Assembly (NCBI GenBank): GCA_964016885.1
Contig: OZ024743.1
Location: forward strand, 42,346,001-42,410,000
Length of the DNA stretch: 64,000 bases
Direction of reading: 5' to 3'
DNA from: Eledone cirrhosa
Lineage: Eukaryota
A program made the translations under genes and the position numbers. Below, piece after piece: positions 11,707-23,578 of the stretch. The first letter of the stretch is position 1. Every line of letters starts with the position of its first letter. The notes under the pieces are model-generated. The model saw only the letters and a list, made by a program, of their open reading frames with translations, ran no database searches and was not told the origin of the DNA.

Positions 11707-14700
11707 GAATAAGCGTCTAAGCGTTGCTTGAGAAATATATTTCCAGCAAAATTGTTTATTATATTATCATGAATATTTTGACGGATAATCTCCATTTTCA
11801 CTTATATACACGATAGTTCCTCTTACACAGAAATCCCCTACATTTTACAATGCAGTTCTATCGTTATTCAAATGATTTAGGTGTCTAAGAATTAATATTT
11901 GGCAACGCAAGTTATAGATCGACTATGTATAACGTATGTCTAAACGAGAAACAGAAAAATCAATGCATCGTGATGTAGTGAGAACCATAAAAAATATTAG
12001 AACGTATACCTACAAAATCAACGTATAGCAACGTGTCAACAACATCAAAACCTGAAATAGATCTCACCATGAGGCTACTAGTATTTTCTACGATTCCTCC
12101 CATGCTCTTGAACCTAGTACAGAACCTTTTATATTTCATTTATGTCAATAGTTTAAAAACTGCCACTCTAATAATTTTAGTGTGATTATTAAACTGTGTG
12201 CTAAGGAGTCGACATGAATAGTAAAATTATTTGTGTATATATGAATTATAAAAATAACCGACACTTCGTTACTGTGTATATAAATTTACACATATTTATT
12301 ATATACATATGCAAACATTCTAAATTATGCAAATTATTCAGACATAATTGTACATTTATCTTAGGATGCTACTAATCATATTAGGGTATATCCGGCTCCT
12401 CTGTTTTCTATTTCCATGTGGTTGTTTTAGATGATGTTCATCCATAATGAAGAGAAGCTTACTAGGACCAAATACCGTTTCAAGTTTTTATTACTTAATC
12501 AAGTTCCATGAAAATTCATATCTTTTGCCTGTTTACCTGTCTATATATGAACAGAGTGTACATTTCTATACATATTTATGCACTTTCACTCACTATCATA
12601 TTGCATATATACAGATAGGAATTTATTATTTTTCAAAACCTTATTTGCTGACAAGATTTATAACCTGTCGTGAGGTTTGCGTGGTTAAGAATGGTATTTC
12701 GATTCCACTTATATTACACAATTCGAACATATTGATTTGAAGACATGTCACTTGAACTCCATAACTTATCAAAGCTATATGTTACATTATATCATTTAAT
12801 TTATTCTATAAATATGCATTTACTTTTAATTCATACACATATTGTAAACAATATTGTAATTTCTGTTCAATTACACATCTTTAAATATAAATCTTATATT
12901 TGAGTGTCCGTGGGGTTTGATAGTTATACATATATGATGGTCCAGGTTCTTTTTAATCGCTGAACATTTTTTAAAGCAATATATGGTCTGATACTTCCTA
13001 ATTATACAAGTTTCGTAGAATGTTAATCTCTCGCACACTACGTCTTTTCTTTTTCATATAGTCTCTCATCAAATAGAATATTTCAGGATTTTTAGACCTA
13101 TTTTGGTTGGCTGAATATAATTATTATTTAATATACAGAAAAATAAATCATACGCGGTGTTACCTCTCTAAGGACACAATCCTCAAGGGGAAACCACTAA
13201 TACATAAAAATAATTATTATTTCACTACAATTATATAATCAACTTTAATTATGTGTTGTGTAAGATTATTAATTAGAAGTATACTTGTATATTATGTGTG
13301 TATATATTTTTAAAATATCATATTCTAGAATCGTCTTCATATATTTATAATTAGATTCAATTCTTTGTTCAAATAATCTTCATATTGAACACAATTTTCT
13401 CTTCAAATTTGGTCTCAACAATACTTTCATGGTTTTTCTAATTTATTTTTATTTTCCACGCTTGTTGGTTTATAGTTGACTTTCAAAACACAGCATTTAT
13501 TATAGCATAAATGTACTTCAAAAATTGCAATTATAACTTTAGTTACTAAATTTAAAAACAGAGAGAACGGAGTGAATATTTTCTCTGGTTCCAAGGAAAA
13601 AATAAAACAAGAAAATTATGGCATTCGCATAATCAACTGTTATCATTGTTATATATGCTAATGATGTTTGTTGCAGTTCATCATGAAGTTTTCCTGTAAG
13701 GCACCTTCTTAATGCTTAAAACATGACGCAGGCAAATTGTTGATAGAAATAAAATACAATATTGTAATATTATGCCTTCAGGATAATGTAATTTGTTTTG
13801 CTGTTACATTCAGTACGTACACAATTTAGGAGTATAGAATGTAGCTGCATAATTAGAAATTCATATTTACAGAATAACGACTTGAATCATTTGGATTGCT
13901 TTAAAGCAAACAATGTTTTATTGAAAACACCAAACGTCGGCGGTGACAATTGGAACTTTGATGTTTGTTAAAGATGATAAAAAGAAAATAAATTACTTTC
14001 AAAAAACATTTTTCCTCCGTCATTGTTGTGGAGGATTTCTATTTTTATATTTGTATGAATAAATGTAATTTCATTGCTATTATTAAATCATTAGAATGAA
14101 GTGTGCTGCTGGATTTACAGAAGCATTAGAACACCAGAAAAGAAGAAAAACCCGTTATTTCGTTGCTAATTGAACACTGTGTTCAAATTCAGACAAGATT
14201 AACTGTTCTTTTATTATTTCCTGGTTGGAGAAAATGGAGATATATCGGTAGAGTGCCTATGTAATCACGCGGCTTGCTGCAAGTAAGAGGTAAATCACCC
14301 TCCAACCAAGCGAAATGTTCCTAGAAATGTAAACCTGATTATATAATGTACTTGTGGCGCTCGCAATGCTTACGAGGTGTGTTACGATTAGAACATAAAG
14401 ATAAGTGTGTTCGATCAATGTATTTTTAACTAGTAAACCAAAGAGAAAATGACAGAAGGACGTGTTTTAGATGAGTGAGAAATCAGAGAAGGGAAATATC
14501 TGAAAAGCAAAGCGTGATCCAAATCTTTGCAAAAAGAAAAAAACAGAGAGTTGGGTTTAATAAATACAACCAAGAGCAAAATATTTCGTTACAATGGGGG
14601 GACGGATTCAATTTACAAAAGCACAAAGATATTCACACATTTTTACCTAGATGCTAAGCTTTAGATATCGGTCCGTGTTCTTCATCGCACGCTATAATCA

Positions 14701-15073
14701 ACATCATCATGATCAACAGTATCATGATTCTTACATAAATATTACCTATTCATATGTCTATTAGGAAAATATCATTTACCCATGATATTACAATTAAATA
14801 TATATGGAAATTAAAATTACAATAATTCCTCAAATATTCACATCTGCCCAGATTAAACATTCATTAATGTGTTTTCCAACAATATACAATGGATTATGGA
14901 TCATATTACATTGTCTCATACCTTGCTATGCGGGATAAGATTTGGACATTATTATTATGAATTCCACCAATGCTGGCACAAAAGGAAATGAATAAATTAT
15001 CTTTGTTCCCAATAATATCTCCTTTAGAATCGATTGTTTTAAGGAAGAGCGTTTTCATGCGTATTTTACTGCG

Positions 15074-15111
<38 letters not shown>

Positions 15112-15116
<5 letters not shown>

Positions 15117-16235
15117 GCAAAAGCATGTTCGTGGAGAATACCCTGTGAGACCCGCTGCAACAGCCATCCAAGCTCGTGGGGCTCTTTCCTCATATGGGTT
15201 GCCAAAGTTCCGATCTTGCGGAGAAGTTCAGATGTACGGATCCAAGTACGCCTCAGATTTCGACGGCGACCTGTGCGAAGTGGATGCGGCCGGACAATAC
15301 CCGGTATTTGTTTATTTTATGTTCTTCTGCGGGCTTTGTGGCCGAAGCGATTAAGCTGGAGGCGGAGAACGTGTCGCAGCAGATGGTGTCTAAGATGCGG
15401 GAACTACCTCCTTTGAGTGGGAAGAGGGTGATTCCGTCGGGGCGCTTGCCATGTCGGCGTTCTAGGCCTGCTGGCTCCAGTTGAGATGGAAAGCCGGTTG
15501 CGTCCAGAGTCCTTCTCAGCGTTTTATTGAGAGCGGCGTGTCAGGGGAAATGGCCTGCACTCTGGCGGCAAGACAAGATGTGCAGGCCGAACTTGTCAAC
15601 GACCACCCTGCAGTGGCATTTATGTGGCTCACACACGCGGAGGCCAAGGGCTTGGGCTACACCGACATGAGTAAATTCATCATCACGAAGGGTACCGGTT
15701 GATGAGGAGAGAACTGAATAGATCCACGCGGTGCTGTTCGGCTGAGGAGCGGAGAAGAAGCAGACGAGGTGGTGTTGATGTAAACCAGACTAGATACGCC
15801 TGACAGAAGACCTGCAATTGATGTGGTCGCAGTCACGTTGGACAGTAATATACTGACGACAAAGAGGCCTTCGCCTGACCAGTGGGCCAGAGCTTATTCT
15901 ATCTCAGGGGTCAGGTCAGATTCGGCTATCTGACTGAGAACCTCACTGACGAGTGCGCTACTTCAGGAGTTAGAGGAGAGATAGGCAGGTAAAGTTGATT
16001 GGAGGCCCGGGACACTGAGTTTCGCCTGCTGCCAGCCTGTGCTCTCCAAACTGACATTGCAGATGAGTTCCGCACAGCGACGAATGGTCGCATCTAGTTC
16101 TCCGAGAAGATATGCATGGGGATGGCAAGGTTTACCACGCAGCGTGAACATGAATTTGGGGAGGGCGATGCAGTTCCTCAAGAGGAAGAGCGCGGGATGA
16201 GTGTCAATGAGGAACAGCCTCTCTGCGAATAGAGA
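15112..16235 (-). mobile_element. CRE-clade non-LTR retrotransposon 3' fragment (post-RT region, CCHC knuckle, restriction-like endonuclease), decayed
   Basis: Minus strand reads LLRNCIALPKFMFTLR...WQQAKL, CEPHKCHCRVVVDKFGLHILSCRQSAG, EPAGLERRHGKRPDGITLFP, EEHKINKY, WLLQRVSQGI; stops and frameshifts present; 3' end abuts (TA)n. Confidence 0.85.
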
Positions 16236-16239
16236 GGGG

Positions 16240-16680
16240 GGTTGGGAGAGTATGTTGTATATTAGATATTGAGAGGGTGAGATTTTAGTAAATATTTATA
16301 TAGAGAGATGTATTTGAAGAGTGTTCCGTGTAGTAGATATAGAGAGGGGGCGAGTTTGGTCTTAATTGAAATAGAGAGGGTATTAGAAGAGGGTACCATG
16401 TAGTAGGTATATAGAGGGGAAGTTTGATTGCTATAGAGAGGGGCATTAGAAAAGGGCACAGTGTAGTAGATATAGAGAGGGGGTGAGTTTGGTTTTAATT
16501 GAAATAGAGAGGGGATTAGAAGAGATAACCGTGTAGTAGGTATAGAGAGGGTGAGAGTTTGGTTTTAATTGATAGAGAGAGGGGATTAGAAGAGAGTACC
16601 CTGTAGTAGGTATAGGGAGAGGGAGAGTTTGGTTTTAATTCATAGAGAGAGGGGATTAGAAACAGAGAAGGTGTTAAAAG
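16240..16680. repeat. Diverged GA-rich minisatellite (~60-70-bp unit, ~6 copies)
   Basis: gtgtagtag(a/g)tatagagagggg...gagtttggttttaattga..tagagaggggattagaa repeats. Confidence 0.8.
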
Positions 16681-16880
16681 TGACTTTGTGTGACAGACAT
16701 AGAGAGCGGGAGAGTTTTGTGACACTGTCGTGTCCAAAATTATAGAAGGGTTTTCAATAATTAGGGTGGCTTGGGAAATCATTATAATTGCATAGTGTAC
16801 GTTCGTAAATATGTGATTTCTTGTAATGTTCTTCTTTTGTCGTATACATATTTTCTTTTATGTAAAATACAATTCTTATT

Positions 16881-17070
16881 AGGGCGGTGGATTGGCAGTA
16901 TTGGTAGAGGGTTTGACGCCAAGCTTTCTAGCATTGTTACATCCCTTTATGGTCTGAGTTCAAATCCTGTCGAGGTTAAATTTCCCTTTCACCCTTACGG
17001 GGTCGATAAAATAAAGTACCTGTAATGTACTGTGTAATTGCTGGCCTTGTGCCAAAAGTAGAAACAATTA
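16881..17070 (+). mobile_element. tRNA-derived CORE-type SINE (octopus OR-like), full length
   Basis: A box tggcagtattgg, B box gagttcaaatcc, core ccttacggggtcgataaaataaagtacc, tail ggccttgtgccaaaagtagaaacaatt. Confidence 0.85.
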
Positions 17071-17421
17071 TTAGATTAACCAGCTGTTGTATTAATATAA
17101 CTCACTTACAATAAAATTTCACCGGAGGTCGAGCAGCAAAATTAAATATGTGGGCAGGGGAATAAAAACCGGGTAATCTGACAAATTAATAAGCGGGTAG
17201 TGCAGTCAAATGTATAAGAGCTGAGTGTATGTGAATTATTGACGGACGTAAGAAAGAAAACTCAATAGTGAAGAAGAGTTTTAATATTCATTTATTATGG
17301 GTGACCCTTGTTACTCAGGAGTCTTTCCTGCGTACACACGATACAAGGCTGTTGGTCCTGTGGGTGCGCAGGTGAAACCTTATAGTAAAAGATGTCACCA
17401 ACAACTATAATATATTAATGC

Positions 17422-17473
<52 letters not shown>

Positions 17474-17647
17474 CTGTGTGTGTGTGTGTGTGTGTGTGCG
17501 TGTATATGTGTATATATATAGGAATATCTATATATCTATATGCATATTTATTAAAATAAAAGATTAAAGTTTAAGCAAATAATCGATGCTTTCACCTTTA
17601 ACGGCATCTTTACATTTATTATTATTACTATATATCTATATATCTAT

Positions 17648-18321
17648 CTAAGGCGGGTAAAATTCCCGAGATCCATGGACGAGTTCTCTCCAGCGGTCTC
17701 TGTCCCTCATTATCGCAGCCATGTCCTGCATCTCCAACAGACCAGTGTCTGTCCTTAGGGCATCAACATACGTTAACCTTGGTCTTCCTCTTCTAGTGTG
17801 TCCATGTAGGGGCTCCCACAGGAGCACTGAGTGCAATGTCAACTCTGGATGTCGGTGAGCATGGCCAGCGAACCTCAGTCTCCCCTGTGTCACTTTTGAG
17901 CTGACTTTTGGGATGCTCCCATACAGCTCTGAGTTTTTCATCCTCAGTGTATACTGATTAATGTTCAGAGCCATCCTCAGCATTCTCGTGTAGCACCCAT
18001 CCACCATCTGAGTGGGTTTCTTGGTCAGTGTCCAAGTCTCAGACCCATACAGCAGCACAGACTCCACTACAGCAATGAAGAGGCGGATTTTCAGGTCTTT
18101 ACGAAGGTCCGACTTCCACACCGATCTCAAGCTGTGGCACGCCGCCCAAGCCTTGCTCTTCCTCTCAACCACATCATCTTCTGTATTCCCAATATTTGTT
18201 CCCAAATACAGGAAGTCCTCAACCAATTCCAGCGGCCTCCCGCCTACATTAGTGATCCCCTCTGGCTTCTCAACATTCTCTACCAGATATTTTGTTTTAG
18301 TCTCATTATTTCTCAGCCCCA
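17648..18321 (-). mobile_element. RTE-like LINE, 3' end of ORF (RT C-terminus)
   Basis: VEDFLYLG...LKIRLFIAVVESVLLYGSETWTL...RLRFAGH...RRGRPRLTYVDAL...DRDRWR, followed by a short (ATAG)-like tail. Confidence 0.9.
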
Positions 18322-18510
18322 GGGGCGGTGGATTGGCAGTATCGGTAGAGGGTCGGACGCCATGCTTTACAGCATAGTTACGTCCCTTTACAATCTGAGT
18401 TCAAATCCCGCCGAGGTTGACTTTGCCTTTCATCCTTACGGGGTCGATAAAATAAAGTACCAGTAATGCACTGGGTAATTGCTGGCCTTGTGCCTAAAGT
18501 AGAAACAATT
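18322..18510 (+). mobile_element. Full-length SINE inserted in the RTE-like LINE with a target-site duplication
   Basis: A and B boxes present; ttctcagcccca flanks both sides. Confidence 0.9.
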
Positions 18511-18725
18511 ACTTCTCAGCCCCACACTCATCGACACAGTCTCAGCCTCTCGCATCAAATCCTCTGCCTCCTTCACTTTGCTCTTCCTCTCAACAACATC
18601 ATCTTCCGTATTCCTAATCTTTGCTCCCAAATACAGAAAGTCCTCAACCAATTCTAGCGGCTTCCCGCCTACATTAGTGATCCCCTCTGGCTTCTCAACA
18701 TTCTGTACCAACATTCTGTACCACA

Positions 18726-18772
<47 letters not shown>

Positions 18773-18844
18773 ATACTTGGGGAGGGTCATATTTGTGTAA
18801 TATTGCCAGAATTAAAAAAACCTCGCTAAACTAATTCATCGCCG

Positions 18845-18895
<51 letters not shown>

Positions 18896-21800
18896 GCGGA
18901 CAGTTTCGACAACTTTAATTAACATATGTTTGTAAGTCCGATGCAACCACAGAAGAAACTTGAAACTCTAAGAAAAGGCAGCCCCACAAACAGAGCATTA
19001 TCAGGATAATGCCACAAAAAGAAGCAGAAGAATCTTCCTATGAACAATTTTCTCCAACTTATATGTTTATGTATGTATTTGTATATTTTTAACCTTTTTT
19101 TATTTGTATATAAGGGAGTATTAGTGTGATGGTATATCTCGCATTCTAAGTGTTTTTTAAATGCATTTCAATAAAATATGCACCAAACCTGAACGCATAC
19201 GAATTGAGACTGATATAATGCACGAAATCCATTGCATGTGATGCTCCAGTATGATTACAGTCTAATGACAGAAACTAGTAAATACGTAAAAGAGAGTGTG
19301 TAGATATATTTTATCAGGATATTTCATAATCATTATATCCCCGCCGAGGTTGACTTTGCCTTTCATCCTTACGGGGTCGATAAAATAAAGTACCAGTAAT
19401 GCACTGGGTAATTGCTGGCCTTGTGCCTAAAGTAGAAACAATTATATCATAAATGACATTTATTATCTGTAATAAAGTTTTACATCATCTTCTTTCTACT
19501 AGGATGGACACCAACACAATAAATGTCACAGCTGTCATTGAAATGTTGCCACAGGTAACATTTTGTCACATAACATCGTTACTGTTGGTAAACATAACTA
19601 ATTTTCTTAGATTGATATTTTAGATATATATATATTAATATGTACTCGGTGTTTCGACCTAAATCATGGCAGAATTGCAAAGAGCGTTGGAGAACATGTT
19701 TAAATCCCACGCGAGTCTATCTTTTTTTTTTCATAAAGCAGATTTCAAATCAGCTACCAAATCTCTATTTAATCAAATCTGCCTTTCATCGTCCCCTAAA
19801 TAGGAATAATTTTCCTCATATATGTAGTCAATATAATTTAGAGATATTGCCCTGTTCAGTAATTAATACGCTATTTAAGCTTTATGGTATATTATCTTCC
19901 TGCTTAATGGGATGCATCTCCATATGTTTTGAAAACCAGTATTCCACCTGATCGAGCGGCCGAACAATCTCTTCATAACATTAGTGTACAATGCCTGAGT
20001 ATTTCACAGACAAGAGTGCTCCTAGTGAAATTTTCAGACTGATTCAGTGTGAGATAATGTGTAACAAGTCTAGGTCTGTGAATTACAGATATATTATATC
20101 TCAAACTGGTTTCCAATAAAACTCTGTCTTCTGATACTATGGAGTGAAATCGACCCCAAGACAGTATGATATGCTATGCATACAGCGAGGTAATATACTG
20201 CGGTTTACTATCTATTATAACTTAGACTTGTGGTTATATATTTAGTTGGGAGTGTAAATATATAAATATATCTGATCGACATCGGATCTTGAATCATGGC
20301 TCATGTTAGGGTATTAAATATATTGATGTACGTCTGGCATGGTTAAGTGATTAATAAATTCACTAAGCAATCATTTGGATCCGGTTCGATCCCACACAGT
20401 GAGATCTTGGACTTAATGTTTGTTAATGCCTAAGGAGTGAAATTCGGGCTGGAAATAGTATGGATGACTATGAGAGGAATTGAACTGGCAATTCAAATTT
20501 TCAAATGCTGTCACATACTGTCACAATAATGCTTCCTAGGCACACGTGATTGTAGAATACTTAATCACTAATTTGTGTTTCCACGGGTTACTGTACAGGT
20601 GAACGAATAAATGAAAGCTCGTTGTCGAAACCATGTTACTATTTCAAGAATTATTTAATGATCTTTCTGTGGTCGTTTACGTTTCTAGTATTCAATTCTG
20701 ATTAAACAATTGAATCGACGTCACCGAATAGAGGCATCCATATTAATTGTCAATGATTTTATTCGTTTCCATGAAGTATGTGCGTAGTTCTAATCTTAGA
20801 CATGGTGATATAGAATCTACAACTGTTTATTGCAAACCTAATGATGTTTTAGGTTGATGTCCATGACAAATTGTTTTATATCAGAATACGCGTCTATATT
20901 GATCAATAAGAAGTGACTAAGTATATTTTGATTGAATTCCTAGCAATCAATTTAAATAGGCTTCGAAACAGAACTTCGTCAGCCTAGAGGATAGAGATCG
21001 CAAAACATCGAAAGAAAATATGATTTTTATTTTCAAACACATAGTGATGGAATTATCTTATGCCACGCTTCCTTGGAACAACCCGCTAATCTCTACAATA
21101 TAAATCTAGGTAGTATCCGTAAAACAAACACCGTGAGGATGATTTCATCTTTCAGTGGCGGCACGCCTAATTATCTCCATCGTTAAGGACATCGGCATTT
21201 TGTCCATTGATATCGAGAAACAGTTGTATGAAACACTGTGATTTCATTTGTTTGTTTCATCAGAATGACCAAATTCTTCTTATGATTGCAAAATAATAAA
21301 TACAATATTCATTCTCTGCCTCCCATATATATACATATATAATGAAGACGTCAGTATATTTGAATCTCACTTACTGATTACTTTGTTACTGTTATATATA
21401 TTCCAGTGGTATTTATTATGTAATAAATGCGAGCTAATCAATGATCTATTGTAAAATCGATTAATCTTATTGCTTGATTTTTACTCATTTTTATCCTTTT
21501 ATTTATGGTTAAAGGTTAATTTAAACCTATAAAATAGGTGTTTTAGAGATGTTGCATGTTGGAGTATGGTTATTAATTTGGATTGACGAAGGGCAGGGTA
21601 TTGGGCAGTATCGGTAGAGGGTCGGACACCATGCTTTGTAGCATAGAGTTACGGCCCTTGCAATTCTGAGTTCAAATCCAGCCGAAGTTAACTTTGCCTT
21701 TCATCCTTGAGGGGTCAATAAAATAAAGTACCAATAATGCACTTGGATAATTGCTGGCCTTGTGCCAAAAGTAGAAACAATTATTTTACGTGCTGTAGTT

Positions 21801-21993
21801 GTAAGGATTCGGTTTCCCAGCAGGGGTTTGTTTTTCTCCGCATTTGATTGATTTGATAACACTAATACAAATGCGTCTCAGAGCTCCCACTCTTTTTTTT
21901 GTTGGGGGGGAGGGGGTCTGAAAACAAAATAAGGAAGACCAAACAATAGAACTAGATGTAGCTGCTAGTACAAAATATTACCATTAATATTTG
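18387..21993. repeat. Tandem segmental duplication, copy 1 (lacks ~1.1 kb relative to copy 2)
   Basis: 18394-18724 matches 22000-22318; 18726-21993 matches ~23422-26678 almost exactly (identical ORFs 19640-19951 and 24323-24634). Confidence 0.92.
21592..21785 (+). mobile_element. SINE, full length (duplicate at 26275-26468; truncated copies at 19337-19444 and 24020-24127)
   Basis: Same A/B boxes, core and tail as 18322. Confidence 0.85.
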
Positions 21994-22118
21994 TTTACGA
22001 TCTGAGTTCAAATCCCACCGAGGTTGACTTTGCCTTTCATCCTTACGGGGTCGATAAAATAAAGTACCAGTAATGCACTGGGTAATTGCTGGCCTTGTGC
22101 CTAAAGTAGAAACAATTA

Positions 22119-22550
22119 TTTCTCAGCCCCACACTCATCGACACAGTCTCAGCCTCTCGCATCAAATCCTCTGCCTCCTTCACTTTGCTCTTCCTCTCAA
22201 CAACATCATCTTCCGTATTCCTAATCTTTGCTCCCAAATACAGAAAGTCCTCAACCAATTCTAGCGGCTTCCCGCCTACATTAGTGATCCCCTCTGGCTT
22301 CTCAACATTCTGTACCACATATTTTGTTTAGTTTTATTCATTCTCAGCCCCACACTAATCGACACAGTCTCAACCTCCTGCATCAGATCCTCTGCCTCCT
22401 TCACTGTATTTGTCACCAAAACTATGTCGTCGACAAATTCAGCATCCGATACCTTTTTCGCCCTAACTCTCGTGCTCTCAGCCGGTGCTACAGTAAAGCC
22501 AGAGTCCTGGTGTTTCTCCAGTGCAAGGCGCATACAATAGTCCACTACGA
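22119..22550 (-). mobile_element. RTE-like LINE RT fragment with an internal tandem duplication
   Basis: MDYCMRLALE...VSDAEFVDDIVLVTNTVKEAEDLMQEVETVSISVGLRMNKTK (FADD-like motif); chimeric repeat KSK|VKEAEDLMREAE. Confidence 0.85.
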
Positions 22551-22626
22551 TGATAAAAAAGTATTTTATTGTCTACACATATTGAAGTGGCCCGAACTAT
22601 TGTTTTAATAGCTGTGGACTACTATT

Positions 22627-22785
22627 AATAATTGTTTCTACTTTTGGCACAAGGCCACAAATTATCCCAGTGCATTACTGGTACTTTATTTTATCGACCC
22701 CGCAATGATGAAAGGCAAAGTTAACCTCGGTGGGATTTGAACAAAGCATGGCATCCGACCCTCTACCGATATTGCCAATCCACCA
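22627..22785 (-). mobile_element. SINE with internal deletion
   Basis: Reverse complement of the SINE head and tail. Confidence 0.8.
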
Positions 22786-23070
22786 ATATTCAGAGTTTCG
22801 ATGGTACAAAGATCGCAACCACGCTAAAACATCCATTCACATACAGTGGCGCTGTTGCGAGTGTAGACCAAGTCAGAGAGTATTGTACTCTTTCCTGCTT
22901 AAGTCTCCACATAAACACGAATAGTGCCGTGCTCTATCTATTATCAATCCGATTAAAAGAAAGGTGATGGTTGTACCACCTATCGTATATAGGTGGTATA
23001 TATGTATATGTATGTGTGTGTGTATGTATGGGTGTGCATGTGTGTGTATGTGTGTGTGTGTGCTTGTGTA

Positions 23071-23120
<50 letters not shown>

Positions 23121-23337
23121 GTTATATCAGTCTCAGCACATCTGCGTTCAATGTTTGTGTATATGTTATCCAACTCCATTTAAAAAATGCGAGATATACC
23201 AACGCACACACAGACACACAGACATATATGATCCCCAGCAGACAACTGATGAAGGAAAATGTTCCTCCGTTCGTGCTTTCCTCTTATTTATAAATACAAC
23301 TTATCCAACAACTACACAGCTCCTGTTTCTTCTTATA

Positions 23338-23394
<57 letters not shown>

Positions 23395-23421
23395 GTGTGT
23401 GTATGTGTGTGTGTGTGCGCG

Positions 23422-23464
<43 letters not shown>

Positions 23465-23535
23465 ATACTTGGGGAGGGTCATATTTGTGTAATATTGCCA
23501 GAATTAAAAAACCTCGCTAAACTAATTCATCGCCG

Positions 23536-23578
<43 letters not shown>

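Noticed and set aside
14970-15702. + strand GC-richer ORFs as a host gene
   Set aside because: Antisense frames of the CRE retroposon, whose motifs are on the minus strand.
16881-16970. tRNA genes at A/B-box sites
   Set aside because: Each continues into the same SINE core and tail, and the box spacing does not give a cloverleaf; these are SINE heads.
19640-19951. 103-aa ORF present twice (also 24323-24634)
   Set aside because: Identity is explained by the recent duplication; no recognisable domain.
23244-23275. ctgatgaaggaaaatgttcct as a hammerhead (also ctgatgaaag at ~63833)
   Set aside because: No GAAA box or stem I/III after the putative stem II.
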